Position numbers and translations under genes: made by a program
Shown: positions 1 through 11,602 of the stretch, one piece after another
Numbering within the stretch: position 1 is the stretch's first letter
Layout of the letters: the number at the start of each line of letters is the position of its first letter
DNA from: Spongospora subterranea f. sp. subterranea
Taxonomy: Eukaryota
Assembly: GCA_049724395.1 (NCBI GenBank)
Contig: JAUGWO010000064.1
Location: 1-64,000 of the forward strand
Direction of reading: 5' to 3'
Length of the DNA stretch: 64,000 nucleotides
The notes under the pieces: generated by a model
What the model saw: only the letters and a program-made list of their open reading frames with translations
What the model was told of the DNA's origin: nothing
Database searches by the model: none

Positions 1-1484
1 TTGTGGGGGAGTAAGGCTGCATTCGCTTTCGATGTCATTGTTGCCGAATATATATTGTGTTGCCATGGCCTATCGGTATACAGGTGGGCACTCTTGTCGG
101 AAATAGGAAAACGTGGGGTGATTGTACGGGCCTTCCAATCAATCTGTGGGTTTAGTTCGTGAAGCCATGACATCCCCAGTATAATGGGATAGTAAGCCCG
201 TTCAATGACATAAAGACTGGTCAATGATTTGATGCCCGAGATCTCTAGTCGTAGTGGCGATGTTCGATGGGTAATAGAAGAGAGTCTGCGACCATCGATA
301 ACTTCAACAGATAACGGTCTAGGAAGTCGGACGAGAGGGATGCTGTTTCGTTCGGCAAATGTGGCGTCGATAAAAGCAGAGGACGCACCACTGTCGATTA
401 AACAATGTAGTTGGGTGGACTGGGATTGGTGCCATGAGACCGTAATAAGGGAACTGAATAATGTCTCGCACGAGTTATCCATACATGACGATGCTAATCG
501 GAGAGGTGGCTCAGCATTATAGGTCGAAAATGGTGATGTATTGGATGAAAAACGGTTTCGGTTCGCCAATAGGGGGCAGGCTACGGTAGGATGGCCAGCA
601 TCTCCACAATATCTGCACAAATTGTGTTCCCGGCGGCGTGTTCGTTTCGACTCATCCAGTCGCGGGCGGCCGGTGGTTCTGAACGATTCGACCATCATGG
701 AGTCGGACCCAGAATCGACCTCGGGGTGGCGCTGTGGGTGTACTTGCGACTAATTTCGACGCTCCTGGGCGCGTTCAAATAGGCGATCGCCGCATCTGAT
801 GGCCGTCATGATGAGGGCGAGCAAGTCGGCTGGCTCCGGGCACGTCAACAGCAAGTCTTTCACATCCTCGCTGAGGCCTTTTCGGAACTGGTGTAGCGTC
901 GCAGCGCCGTCCCAACCTGCATCGGTGACCAGCAGCTGAAACTCGCTGGCATACGTAGCGACTGGGCGGCGACCTTGGCGTAGCGCCTCCAATCGTCGTG
1001 CGGCTGTGACTGCTTTGTTCGGATCCTCGAACCGTGCCCGAAACGCGTCAATGAATCTGACAAAATCCTGGAGCAACGGATCCCGTCGCTCGAAAATTGG
1101 TGAAAACCACAGCAAAGCGTTTCCTGTGAGAAGGTCCCCAACCAACATCACCTTGTCGGAATCCGTGGTGTATGTCCTGGGTTTACGGGTGATGACCATT
1201 GATATTTGGTTGATAAAACCTCGCAGGGTGGATCGGGAACCGTCGAAAGGATCTGGGAGGCGGACTTTGGGTTCTGGCAAGGTCAACCGCTGCTGGTAGT
1301 GTTGCGACAATTCCTGCAACTGCCGTTGGAACTGTTGCTGTTGCTGAGAGAGTGCTGCCTGTAGTACCGCTTGGACCTCCGGCGTCAACGGTTGAGCAAA
1401 CTGGGGAGGTTCCGTCGGTACCTGGAAACCTCGATGGTCGTGCGGCCTGGCTGGAACTGACTCAGATCGCTCGCGGCTGGACAT
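1..1484 (-). pseudogene. Gypsy gag-protease polyprotein, single frame with an internal TAG at 750-752 (partial)
   Basis: ATG at 1484. The frame stays open to the window edge except for one TAG upstream of the zinc knuckle (~576-620). DSG protease motif at ~388-399. Confidence 0.85.
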
Positions 1485-1593
1485 ATCGAATTTCGAAGAA
1501 GATGTGAAAAGAGCAGATCGGAGTAGCGGTGCGTAAACCGTGAAGATGGTCTTGAAAGCGGTGCGTAAACCGTGAAGATAATTCTTGTCAAAC

Positions 1594-1990
1594 TGTTAGG
1601 AGGAACCAGATCCGTTGAAATAAAACCGAAGTGTATTACAAGCTATACAAGGAGTTGACAAGAATGACCAGCCAGAGGTCATTCTTGTCGGAAAACTGCG
1701 GCGAAGCCGCGAATGTTAGGAATATATGGGAGTGTTCCTAACATAACACTATAATACGACCTCTCTTTTATCAAGGTTTCCGTACCTTCGCCTCGCTAAG
1801 ATTCTTCCCTCTTGTTTTTGTTCTCTCTCTCTCTCTTCTATCAAGGTTTACGTACCTTTCGCCTCGCTAAGTCAATTCCCCGTCTTCTCCGTTCCCCAGT
1901 CAGTCCTTCGTCATCATCAGTCTTCATTCCAATATTCCATGAATCTTAATTCTGATGCTAGTCTTCCGGAAAACTCATAACCCACCGACT
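1594..1990 (-). repeat. Gypsy 5' LTR (outer end either 1743 or ~1990)
   Basis: TGTTAGGA at 1594 is the inverted match of TCCTAACA at 1736-1743. An AATACA poly(A)-like signal lies in R/U5 on the minus strand. A GA-rich U3-like stretch with an internal duplication covers ~1765-1870. Confidence 0.65.
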
Positions 1991-1994
1991 CTGC

Positions 1995-2360
1995 TTACAG
2001 TAAGTACTTTGACGAACTGACTTTCTCATTTGGTCAACTTTATATATCGTTGGAAAGCCCTATATATATAATAGTCCGTGGCGGTAGGTCGCCATCAGTG
2101 CCCGGGCCACCCAAAACGGGCTGCGGGATGACCCGAACATATCCATCCAGCACCATTTTAAATCGGTAGGTTATTCCCGGAACATGCCCGAGACCAGGCT
2201 CAATAGAATGATCTTAAAAAACCTGATCCAACTATACCATCAGCCGCTCCCCAACTTCAAGAACTTAAACAAAAAACGATTCAAAGTTTCATTTTACAGT
2301 AAGTACTTTGACGAACTGACTTTCTCATTTGGTCAACTTTATATATCGTTGAAAAGCCCT
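1995..2360 (+). repeat. ~66-bp direct repeat pair (1995-2060 and 2294-2360), possibly a duplicated pogo/Tc1-type terminus (TA|CAGT...)
   Basis: tacagtaagtactttgacgaactgactttctcatttggtcaactttatatatcgttg(g/a)aaagccct occurs twice with one mismatch. Confidence 0.8.
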
Positions 2361-2589
2361 GCAAAAATCCGGAAGAATCGTTTTTGTCAATCGTCAATCA
2401 GACGATTACTCTCGCTCGACCGTGCGTTTAAACGATTAAAAAACGCGAATTTTTGGAAACGGTCAAGTAACAGGTATAGCGAAAACACAGCGGGAAATTT
2501 TGTATGACGGAGTATTTCCCAATCAGCCCAGTGACGTGTTCCGTCAGTCGTTTGAACTGTGGTTTATCATGTTTCATTGATGGTGTCAT

Positions 2590-3380
2590 GAGGCACTATC
2601 ATCACATGGATCGCTCTATTCCTCTTGTATCCAATCTCCATTGTCGCGAATACTATCATCAAGTGGGCCGCCCTTCTCTTCTCATTTGATTGTCCTGTAC
2701 TGATTGCCATATTTTCTTCAAGTGGATCTCCCGATTCTTCTCTATTGATTGTCGATTGTCGCCATTATCATCATCAAGTCGATCACCCGATTCTTGTCTA
2801 TTGATTGTCGATTGTCGCCATTATCATCATCAAGTGGATCGTCCGATTCTCCTCTATTGATTGTCAATTGTCGCCATTATCATCATCAAGTGGATCGCCC
2901 AATTCTTCTCTATAGATTGACGATTGTCGCCATTATCATCATCAAGTGGATCACCCGATTCTCCATTGATTGTCGATTGTCGCCATTATTGTCATCAAGT
3001 GGATCACCCGATTCTTCTCTATTTACTGTCGATTGTCGCCATTATCATCAATAAGTGGATCACCCAATACTTCTGTATTGTCATCAAGTGGATCACCCGA
3101 TTCTTCTCTATTGATTGTCGATTGTCCCCAATATCATCTTCAAGTGGATGGCCCGATTCTTCTCTATTGATTGTCGTTTGTCGCCATTATTATCATCAAG
3201 TGGATCACCCGATTCTTCTTTATTGGTTGCCGATTGTCGCCATTAGTATTATCAAGTGGATCACCTGATTTCTCTGTCGATTGTCGACGTTATCATCATC
3301 AAGCAAATCGCCCGATTCTTCTCTATTGACTGTCGATTGTCGCCATTATCATCATCAAGTGGATCGCCCGATTCTTCTGT
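2590..3380. repeat. Degenerate ~56-bp minisatellite, ~13 copies
   Basis: Unit gattgtcgattgtcgccattatcatcatcaagtggatcacccgattcttctctatt recurs at 2747, 2803, 2859 and onward. Confidence 0.92.
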
Positions 3381-3649
3381 TTCTCTGATATTATCCGGTT
3401 GTGCCTTCTCGAACATGTCGGTAAGTGACGCCAACATCAGCAACGTTATCATGGTCATACAGCGGTTTTTCTTCGTCGAAGACTTGGCCGATTTCTTTAC
3501 CCTTTTCGACTAAAGGCTGGTTCCATTTGAGAGGCCTTTGTCACTTCAAAATCGGATTCCAATAAAGTCCCCAAATCATTTCGGGAATTCGCAGAAATAT
3601 GGTCGGAATCGTCATTGACAGCATCACTCGGCCAACCATCGCAATTGTT

Positions 3650-4567
3650 CACAATGATACAAAACGTTCAAATTTGAAATAATACAATTTCGACCTTTCC
3701 TTTCCCAACGATTCTTATGAGGAAATGCGTTTCATCAACGTTCTCGACTAGGTTTTCATCCAATTCTCCGGAACGGAAACGACGTCCAGCTTCACCATGG
3801 TGAAAAGCAACAAGTTTCTCCATATGCTCTTGATGCGCAGGACTGACGGCTAATTTTCCAGTCTGGTGTCGTAAACAATATCAAACCGCTCCTGAAAAGT
3901 CAATATCCATCTGCTTGTCAGTTTCTCTATGATCAAAATCCCGTTTTCAATACTTGCAGAACTGAACTCATCAGCATCACCAGCATTCTACAGTATATCC
4001 TTAGCAAGCGACAGTAACACTTTCGGGCTGAAATTGACGTGCGCTTTAGACAACCGACGAAACTCCTTAAGAAGACGTAAATGTAATCAATCCACCCACA
4101 AGCTTCGTTTTGGGCCTCTTTTTGCTAAAGCTTTCGTCATTATTCTTTTCCGAGAGCCGCCAGTTTGGTTGCAGGATATAGATTTACGTTCAATCACTTG
4201 TTCTGCATTTGAAACCTGCTGTTCCTTGAACCATCGTGAGGCTTTCTGAACATTGGCTTTCTCTGCACCGCGGAAACATTCGGGGAATGTTTTAACTGCT
4301 TTTGAGGAAATATAAACCTCTCCAAATCGCTCAACTTCTTCTTTCATCCATTTCATCACCATTAGCCTTTGGCCTATCGTTACTACATGCTGTAGGCGTC
4401 GGCGTCCCCGATGACGAAAGCAATGGCGGTTCAGGAAGTAGAGCGATATGTTCTTCTGGAATAGGTGCAAGGTCTGAATATCCAGAAGCAAGTGCAAAGG
4501 TGAGATTAGAAGACGCCGCATGACGGCGAAAGGCTTCAATTATCGGGGATGCAGAAGGAATCACCAT
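3650..4567 (-). mobile_element. Degenerate pogo-like (CENP-B HTH / DDE) transposase remnant
   Basis: Fragments in shifted frames: KALAKRGPKRSLWVD*L...EFRRL; RWILTFQERFDIV; QTGKLAVSPAHQEHMEKLVAFHHGEAGRRFRSGELDENLVENVDETHF (N-x-DETH first catalytic motif). Multiple stops and frameshifts. Confidence 0.7.
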
Positions 4568-5376
4568 AATCTTCGAACGTTTTTAGTTGTAAATCCGACC
4601 AGGTGTATAGAACGTGAATTCGGGAGCGAAAGAAGATATTTATCAGTGTGTCTCCAGTCAACTCATTGATTGGTGGGGCTCAGCAGTAATTATTACGAAC
4701 TGGGCCACACTATTTACCAACCCACACTAATTGGCTCTACCACACTAAATGTTGTAACCAGTGTACCAACCCATTCCAAATGGGCCTCTTGTTCGGTTAG
4801 CAGATGACCGTACTACGAGAGCGCAAGGACTTGGCTCAACCAATGTACAATTGGCTCGCGGAATCGGCAAACTCACTAACGTATTACACGTCGAGAAACT
4901 ATGTCAAAGCTTATTACTCTCTCCTGCAAGGATTGGATGAAAGTCTGAACAAAGTTTGGAGCAATATCCAAGGAGGTCTCCTTGTTCGCCGGTTGCTATA
5001 AGGTAGTTTGTATATCTAAATGAGAGCGGCAAGACAGATGCGGATCGCCTTGCCGACGCACATGCGACATTCTTGAAGCGTTCGCATTTTAACGCTGACA
5101 AGCGGTACCCGTTCAAATATATATCTTGTTATTTACAATGTCCCGAAAGATGCTCCGAAGTGGGCTTAACCCAATGTCAGTAAGACCCAACAAAGAAGAG
5201 CAAGGCCATATCCGCTGCTTCACCGATTGCGTCAGAAAAAAAAATTGTCGACGAAAACAGAGCCGGAACTCGACGCAGAACCGTTTGTCACACCGGAATT
5301 TGAAGCGTTTGTGTGCTTTGATGGAATATCGGTGTTTGAAACTGGTTTGGAGATTTGTGGGCAGTGCAGTGATGAT

Positions 5377-5538
5377 TATCGTTTCAACAGCTATACATCC
5401 GTTGTATTAAAACAATAGGCAAAACTACAACCGTAACACCGTACAAGGGATACCTCCGCAGTCCGCGTCTTTACTCTGACAGAGACTCAAGTTGGAGCTG
5501 GCACGACGGTAGACATCGGGTTGACTTCCTCTCCAACA
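5377..5538 (-). repeat. Copia 3' LTR (TGT...ATA)
   Basis: No mismatch found by eye against 9916-10077; preceded by the PPT on the minus strand. Confidence 0.97.
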
Positions 5539-8500
5539 CACCCCCTCAACCGGACGTCTGTCATGCCCATGGCGGTCCTGCACCATTTGAACTTCGAGAC
5601 ACAAATAGGCTTCGTCAAATAATCTGCAATCATCAGATCGGTTCGACAGTATTGTAGTTGAATGGTTTTGTCCTCGATCTTGTCCCTGGTGAAGTGATAT
5701 CTGACCTGGATATGTTTGGTCTTTGCGTCTGATCGTCTATTCCTAGCGACAGCCTGGCTTCCTTGATTATCTCCCAGAATCGTAATCGGACCTAATCTGC
5801 CAATCACTTCTGAAAGAAATTGCTGTAGCCATGCTGCTTCTCTTGCTGTAGCGCATTGCGCCATATACTCCGCCTCCAAAGCGGATAGTGCTGTAGAACG
5901 TTGACGTTGACTCTTCCATGCTACCGGGCCATTTGACATCCGAAACACATATCCGCTTGTACTGCGACGTTGATCTGGATCTCCTCCCCAATCTGAATCA
6001 GTTGATCCTTCAATATCTTGGTCCCCACTGTACTTGATGCCCCACGTCTTGGTGCTCTTCAGATAGCGTAAGACCCGCTTGGCTGCTTTCCAATGTTGTA
6101 AACCTGGATTATGCATAAATCTACACAGTTGTGACACAATGTACGTAATGTCCGGACGAGTTCTTGTCGAAAGAAAATTGAGACCGCCCACCAGTTCTGC
6201 ATAGGGAACTCCTGTCATATCTTGCTTATCACGATCAGTGATGGGACACATATCTTCAGATAGATATAATCCAGGCTGATGAGGAGTTGTCACTTCCTTA
6301 CAGTGCACCAAATTGAATCGATTCAGCAGTTCGTCGATGTAAATCTCTTGATCCAGGCACACAGAGTTATTTATCACATCCTGGTTGACCCGTATTCCCA
6401 ACAGCTGAACAGGAGCTCCTAGATCCTTCACACCAAAATTGTTGTCCAGCTTCTCAATGATATCTGTCATCTTTTCATCATTGTTATGAGCAAAAAGCAT
6501 GTCGTCAACATGTAAAGATAATATTATGATGTTTCCGTCATTGATAAGATAGTAAAGACAAGGATCAACGTCAGCACGTGTGAAATGTAGATGATCAACC
6601 AGATAGGTATTGAGCTTCTTGTTGAATAGGTACCCAGCCTGCTTCAAACCATATAATCCTTTTTCCAGCCTGCAGGCATAATCAGGATGATCATCATCAA
6701 TGTACCCTTCGGGCTGTTTCATGTAAATTTCGAAATCAATGTCACCACATAGAAACGCACTAAGAACATCAGCTTGCCTCAACTTCAACCGGTATTTCAC
6801 TGCTAATGCCATAATCATCCTTTGCGTGTCGTTATGAGCAACTGGTGCGAAGGTATCGTCATAATCAATTCCCGGTCGTTGGGAAAACCCTCTAACAACC
6901 AACCGAGCCTTAAACTTATCGATATATCCACACGAATTCGCCTTAACAGAAAATACCCACTTGCTGTCGATCATTTTTCTTCCTTGTGGCAAACTCATAA
7001 GAAAATACGTATGTCGTGCGCGAATAGATTCCATCTCCTTGTTGGCTGCATTTCGCCAATATTGGCCATACTCGGAATCATTTACCGCGGCAGACAGCGT
7101 ACTCGGAATTGGAATGGAGGATGCAATGATTTCTGGCAGCTGTGGTAGTTGGCTGATCGACGTATGATTACATACAACTAATGCCCCCTGAAATGCTGAA
7201 TTGGCACAGTAATGTCGAGCGCGACCAAGTTGTTGGTGTTGTTCAATTGCTCTGTCGATCGATTCCATGCAAGAATCATAATCCCATCTCGGGCTGGTTA
7301 TGTCGACAGAACATACCATAACATGATGATTCTCGGGCGCCGAATTCTGATCAGTTCCGATTGATGAAGTGAAACCATATCGAATAGGTGGATTTCGTGT
7401 TCTCTTCGGACGAGCAGGTCTTGAATTATCAATTACATTAACTTCAGGATTATCAGCTACATCAGTATCTTGCGACTCACTTGGCTCCAGCACATTAACT
7501 TCAGAATCATCAGCTATATCAATATCTTGCAACTCACTTGGCTCCAGCACATTAACTTCAGAATCATCAGCTATATCAATATCTTGCAACTCACTTGGCT
7601 CCAGCACATTAACTTTAAAATCATCAGCTATATCAGTATCTTCGTAAATACTCTTGCAAAATTGAAACTTATCTTCAGAAAAAATTACATCTCTGCTTAT
7701 GACAAATCTTTTGTCTACTATATCCCATAACCGATAGCCCTGTTGACGATCTGCATATCCAAGAAATGTACATCGTTGTGCTCTTGGATCGAGTCCCTTC
7801 CTTTTCTCGTCAGGTACTCGCCTCCATGAATCACAACCAAATACTCGAAGATGTGCTAACATCGGTTTCCTTCCAACCCAGAGTTGATATGGAGTTTTTC
7901 CAATTGTCCGATGATATCGTCGATTAAGTAAGTATACTGCCGTATTAACAGCATCAGCCCAAAACATCTCTGGAAGTTTTGCGTTCCTTCTCATTGCCTC
8001 GGCTGTCTCCATAATAGTTCGATTCAATCTCTCAGCAATGCCATTGGATTCAGGAGAATATGGGGTCGTAATTCGATGATTAATGCCAGAGAAACGGAAA
8101 AACTTTTCAGCACTTGATGAACAATACTCTCCACCACCATCACTCTGAAAACTGATGAGGTTGAGTTCCAGAGAACCTGACTTTACTGCAAATCGACGTC
8201 GCGTTTCAGCAATGTATTCCTGTAGCTTGTTCAACGCCTCGGATTTGGGATTTGATAAAATACACAAACACGTATCTCGTGAAATCATCAATAAATGTTA
8301 TAAAATATTTTGATCCGGATTTAAAGGCAGGTGGCAATGGGCCCTTGATATCAGAGAAGACCAATTGCAGGGGCTTGCCACTCCGAGATGATGGGTTTCG
8401 CAAGGGAAATTGTCCTCTGGTCATCTTTGAAAGAACACATGGCTCGCATATCCCTCCTTGGTCACTTTGTTGTGAAGAATTAGTAACTTGGATTCCGTTG

Positions 8501-9894
8501 GAGTGTTCTTCAGCGAGCAGTTTGAAATATTGACCGCATGGATGCCCTAATCTTTCGTGCCATCTTACCCTATTTCCCAATGAAGTACGTTTGGCAAAGT
8601 TCGCCAACAGCGGCTCAGGTGTCCCATCTGGGACTTTTGCATTTCCCGAACATTCATCACAGTCAACTGAGTAAAGACCATTGATCCTTGGAATATGAGT
8701 TAAGGCATCACCAACGGGACCTTGAGATACATCATTAAAGATAGTGCATTTGTCACCATGGAACCAGAACGAAAGGCCTCGAGCAGTACTCATACCGAAA
8801 CCGATAGCAAATTCTTGCCCATGCTCGGGACATGTAAGGTATTGTCAATTCTCTCAGTCCTGTTGCCTAACATGATTATTGCTTGTCCGAATCCAACACC
8901 TGTCTGAACGATACTATTGTCGCCCAATTTCACCCCTAAAGACGATGCATTATCTTTACGAATATCTTTGAGTAATGACGCGTCATTCGTAATATGATTG
9001 TTGCATCCGCAATCAATTAACCAGCATTTTGAACAGCTACGATTGCCAGATAAGACGGGATAATCATTAAGATGTCCTGACTTTTTAGAATCAAAAAAAT
9101 TTGGGTCGCAATTCCGCGTGCAGATTGTAGCACCGTGGTAAATAGCATTTATCCTTAGGGCATCTGCAGTAATTGCAGTATGACTTGTCTGAAGCTGACC
9201 GGGAACGTAGTTCAGCCTTCAATGCCAAAATTTCTTTCTGTAAATGATCGGATTCCGGAGATGATATTTTATGGCGGGACTCGTTTCTCATTAAGATCGC
9301 CGTAACTGATTCCGAGGTAATGTTTTCTTGCAGAGCCGCATCAATCGAATAAACAACGACATGTGATAATCGATCATTTACACCCATCAAAATAATCATC
9401 GCCTTCAGCGAGTCCGGGATCGTTAAGTGTTTCGAAGCAATTGCTTTGACATCGTTCACTGCCGACTCCACGTTTGCTATATACTGCTTAACAGTGGAGG
9501 ATCCTTGCTCTATCCTGAACAAGTTCTTTAGCACTTGGCTGCACTCTTGTAATCCACAAACAGACAATCGATTCTTTAATGCAAACCATGCTGCATGAGT
9601 GGTCTCAGTCTCGTCCACGAAACTGAAAATGTCATCCGCAACGCAGAGACATAATTGAGCATGGACACGATCATCCAGCCTCTTATCTTTCGTCGATGTC
9701 AAATCAGGTTGGGAATCAACTGTCTCGCCAATAAGATGTTTTGCTCCGATCCCCTTGATATGGAGTCTAGCCTTCTTTGCCCATGTGACATAGTTTGATT
9801 TACCATTCAAACATGGAAATTTGAGATTTTCACCGGGTATCCCTCCCTCTGATTCTGCGGTCGGTATCGTAGGTAACACTTGATTATCGCCCAT
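5487..9894 (-). CDS. Copia gag-pol polyprotein (split into pieces by three apparent homopolymer indels)
   Basis: gag 9091-9894; protease WLIDCGCNNH (~9000-9030); integrase HHCC (WHERLGHP...CEPC) and D,D,E core (SDIKGP, SDGGGEY, NGIAER); RT (KARLVVRGFSQRPGIDY, LYGLKQA, LHVDD); RNase H (DSDWG, EAEY, DN, ADYLTK). Frame breaks at ~9093-9099, ~8798-8800 and ~8247-8249. Confidence 0.93.
7430..7645 (-). repeat. In-frame 60-bp tandem repeat (~3.5 copies) in the Copia integrase-RT linker
   Basis: Peptide unit (D)IDIADDSEVNVLEPSELQ is repeated. Confidence 0.92.
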
Positions 9895-9901
9895 TGCGTG
9901 T

Positions 9902-9915
9902 TCTGACTGTTAATC
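9902..9915 (-). promoter_or_regulatory. Copia primer-binding site complementary to the tRNA-Asn(GTT) anticodon arm
   Basis: GATTAACAGTCAGA directly abuts the 5' LTR; its complement is TCTGA-CTGTTAA-TC, an anticodon stem plus loop with GTT. Confidence 0.75.
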
Positions 9916-10077
9916 TATCGTTTCAACAGCTATACATCCGTTGTATTAAAACAATAGGCAAAACTACAACCGTAACACCGTACAAGGGATACCTCCGCAG
10001 TCCGCGTCTTTACTCTGACAGAGACTCAAGTTGGAGCTGGCACGACGGTAGACATCGGGTTGACTTCCTCTCCAACA
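9916..10077 (-). repeat. Copia 5' LTR (TGT...ATA)
   Basis: Matches 5377-5538; followed by the PBS and the gag ATG at 9894. Confidence 0.97.
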
Positions 10078-10082
10078 ATGAT

Positions 10083-11602
10083 GAGGGTGATGTCGTTAGG
10101 ATGGTTACGACTCTTGCCTGTTAGACACCATCTTCCTCTATTACTGTATTCACTCTTGAACTGCATACTCTCATTATCAAATGAATGTTCCTGCTGCCGA
10201 TGGACAAGTTGCAGATGAAGAGACCAACCAGAAACGGTTAACGATGCTCGCACAGCTGTGTGCCACCGCCTTTTGACGATGTTGGATATCACTGGAAAAC
10301 CCAAGAAGGGGGTGTTCGCTATTATCGGGGTCGAATTCAACGTATCTTGGCTCACGATTAGCGGGATTTGGCATCGAGGAAAAGATACATTGGCAGCAGG
10401 AGCCACTGCAGCAGTTGTATCGCATCTGAAAAAGAACTGCGGGCGGAAACCAAAATACCCGAACATTTCTTCCGATGTCGCTACCTTTCCTTTGAGCAAA
10501 AGGAACACCCTTAGACACTTATCTGCAGCAACTGGTATTTCTGCCGCTACATTGCATCGTCAACTTAAAAAGGCATCATCCGGCGTCATACGACTTCGTT
10601 AAAGCCTCTTCTCACTGAATGTAACAAGATCGTTCGAATCAATTTTTGTATTTTGATGCTTGAGCCCTCTTCTATTTCTACCTCACCAAATTCAGAGAAA
10701 TGTTTGATATTGTATATTGATGAAAATGGGTTTATCTTGCTCGCGACCGCGCCACATTTTATCTGACGGCAGACGAAGAAGAACCCTATCGTTCATGCAA
10801 GAGCAAGAAATTCATTGGAAAAATCATGTTCCTTGCAGCTGTTGCTCGACCAAGATTTGATGACGAGAATAATTGCGTTTTTGGCGGAAACATTGGCATC
10901 TGGCCGTTCGTAACCTCGGAACCTGCACAGCGATCGAGCATACACCGACAAAGGGGCACAGCGGTGACGAAGCCTGACATTTTCAAGGTCTGCTCCTATC
11001 TATATTCAGCAAGATCACGAGCAGTTCCGACTTTGTGCGCAGGAAGATGGTTATGATATTAGGCTGGTGTGTCAGCCACCAAACAGTCCAGATTTCAACA
11101 TTCTGGACCTGGGATTTTTAACGCGATTCAATCTATACAGCATACCGAATCCCCAAGAAACTTGGATGAACGAATAACAGCTGTTTCAAATGCGTATGAG
11201 AGGTTGGAACCTCAGATGCTCAACAATACCTTCTTGACATTACAAAGCGTGATGCTCTCTTGCATGGACGACGAAGGTGGAAACAGGTTCCGTATTCCAC
11301 ATTAAGGGAAAGGGAAGCTTGTCAATACTGGGCTACTTCCTATATCAATCACCTGCCTATTCGAAACAGTTACAAGGGCTAGAAATACAATTATGGATGC
11401 AAATCTTGCAAACTTGTTTCCTTCTCTTTCAATAAAGTGAGAAGTGTCAATCTGGGCTGTTTGCTGGCTGGCAGAAGAGCCTGATATCAATTTGAGATAG
11501 GGAGAACAAACCTGATATAGATTCTGCCATCCCTATCCATCAGTTGAATACTTTGAAAAAGACAAAAAGTCCGTTTGATCGGTTATTTTGAAACGGAGGT
11601 AG
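10083..11602 (+). mobile_element. Plant-type mariner (DD39D-like) transposon remnant; 5' part at ~5105-5371, interrupted by the Copia
   Basis: KKNCGRKP, TLRHLSAATGISAATLHR, IDE.W.Y, KIMFLAAVARPRFD...IGIWPF, IQQD, CQPPNSPDFNILDLG, GGNRFRIPH. Stowaway-like right TIR (reverse complement CTACCTCCGTTTCAAAATA) ends at ~11602. Confidence 0.88.

Larger units (their letters stand above)
1..1990 (-). mobile_element. Ty3/Gypsy LTR retrotransposon, 5' part (5' LTR, PBS, gag, zinc knuckle, protease); continues off the window start
   Basis: Retrotransposon-gag ORF 750-1484 (LPDPFDGSRSTLRGFINQI...LTGNALLWF...FRKGLSEDVKDLL). Manual translation past the TAG at 750-752 in the same frame gives a CCHC knuckle (CRYCGDAGHPTVAC) and an aspartic protease (LIDSGASSAFID...IILGMSWL). 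The LTR inner end (...CCTAACA on the minus strand) is at 1594; the outer boundary is uncertain. Confidence 0.9.
5377..10077 (-). mobile_element. Full-length Ty1/Copia LTR retrotransposon (4701 bp), recent insertion
   Basis: Identical 162-bp LTRs at 5377-5538 and 9916-10077. 5-bp TSD ATGAT at 5372-5376 and 10078-10082. PPT GTTGAGGGGGTG next to the 3' LTR. Domain order gag-PR-IN-RT-RNaseH. Confidence 0.98.

Noticed and set aside
2749..3513. Several overlapping ORFs
   Set aside because: Products of the 56-bp minisatellite.
9908..9915. Canonical TG...CA boundary for the Copia LTR at 9908
   Set aside because: LTR identity stops at 9916/5377 and the ATGAT TSD fixes the end; these bases belong to the PBS.
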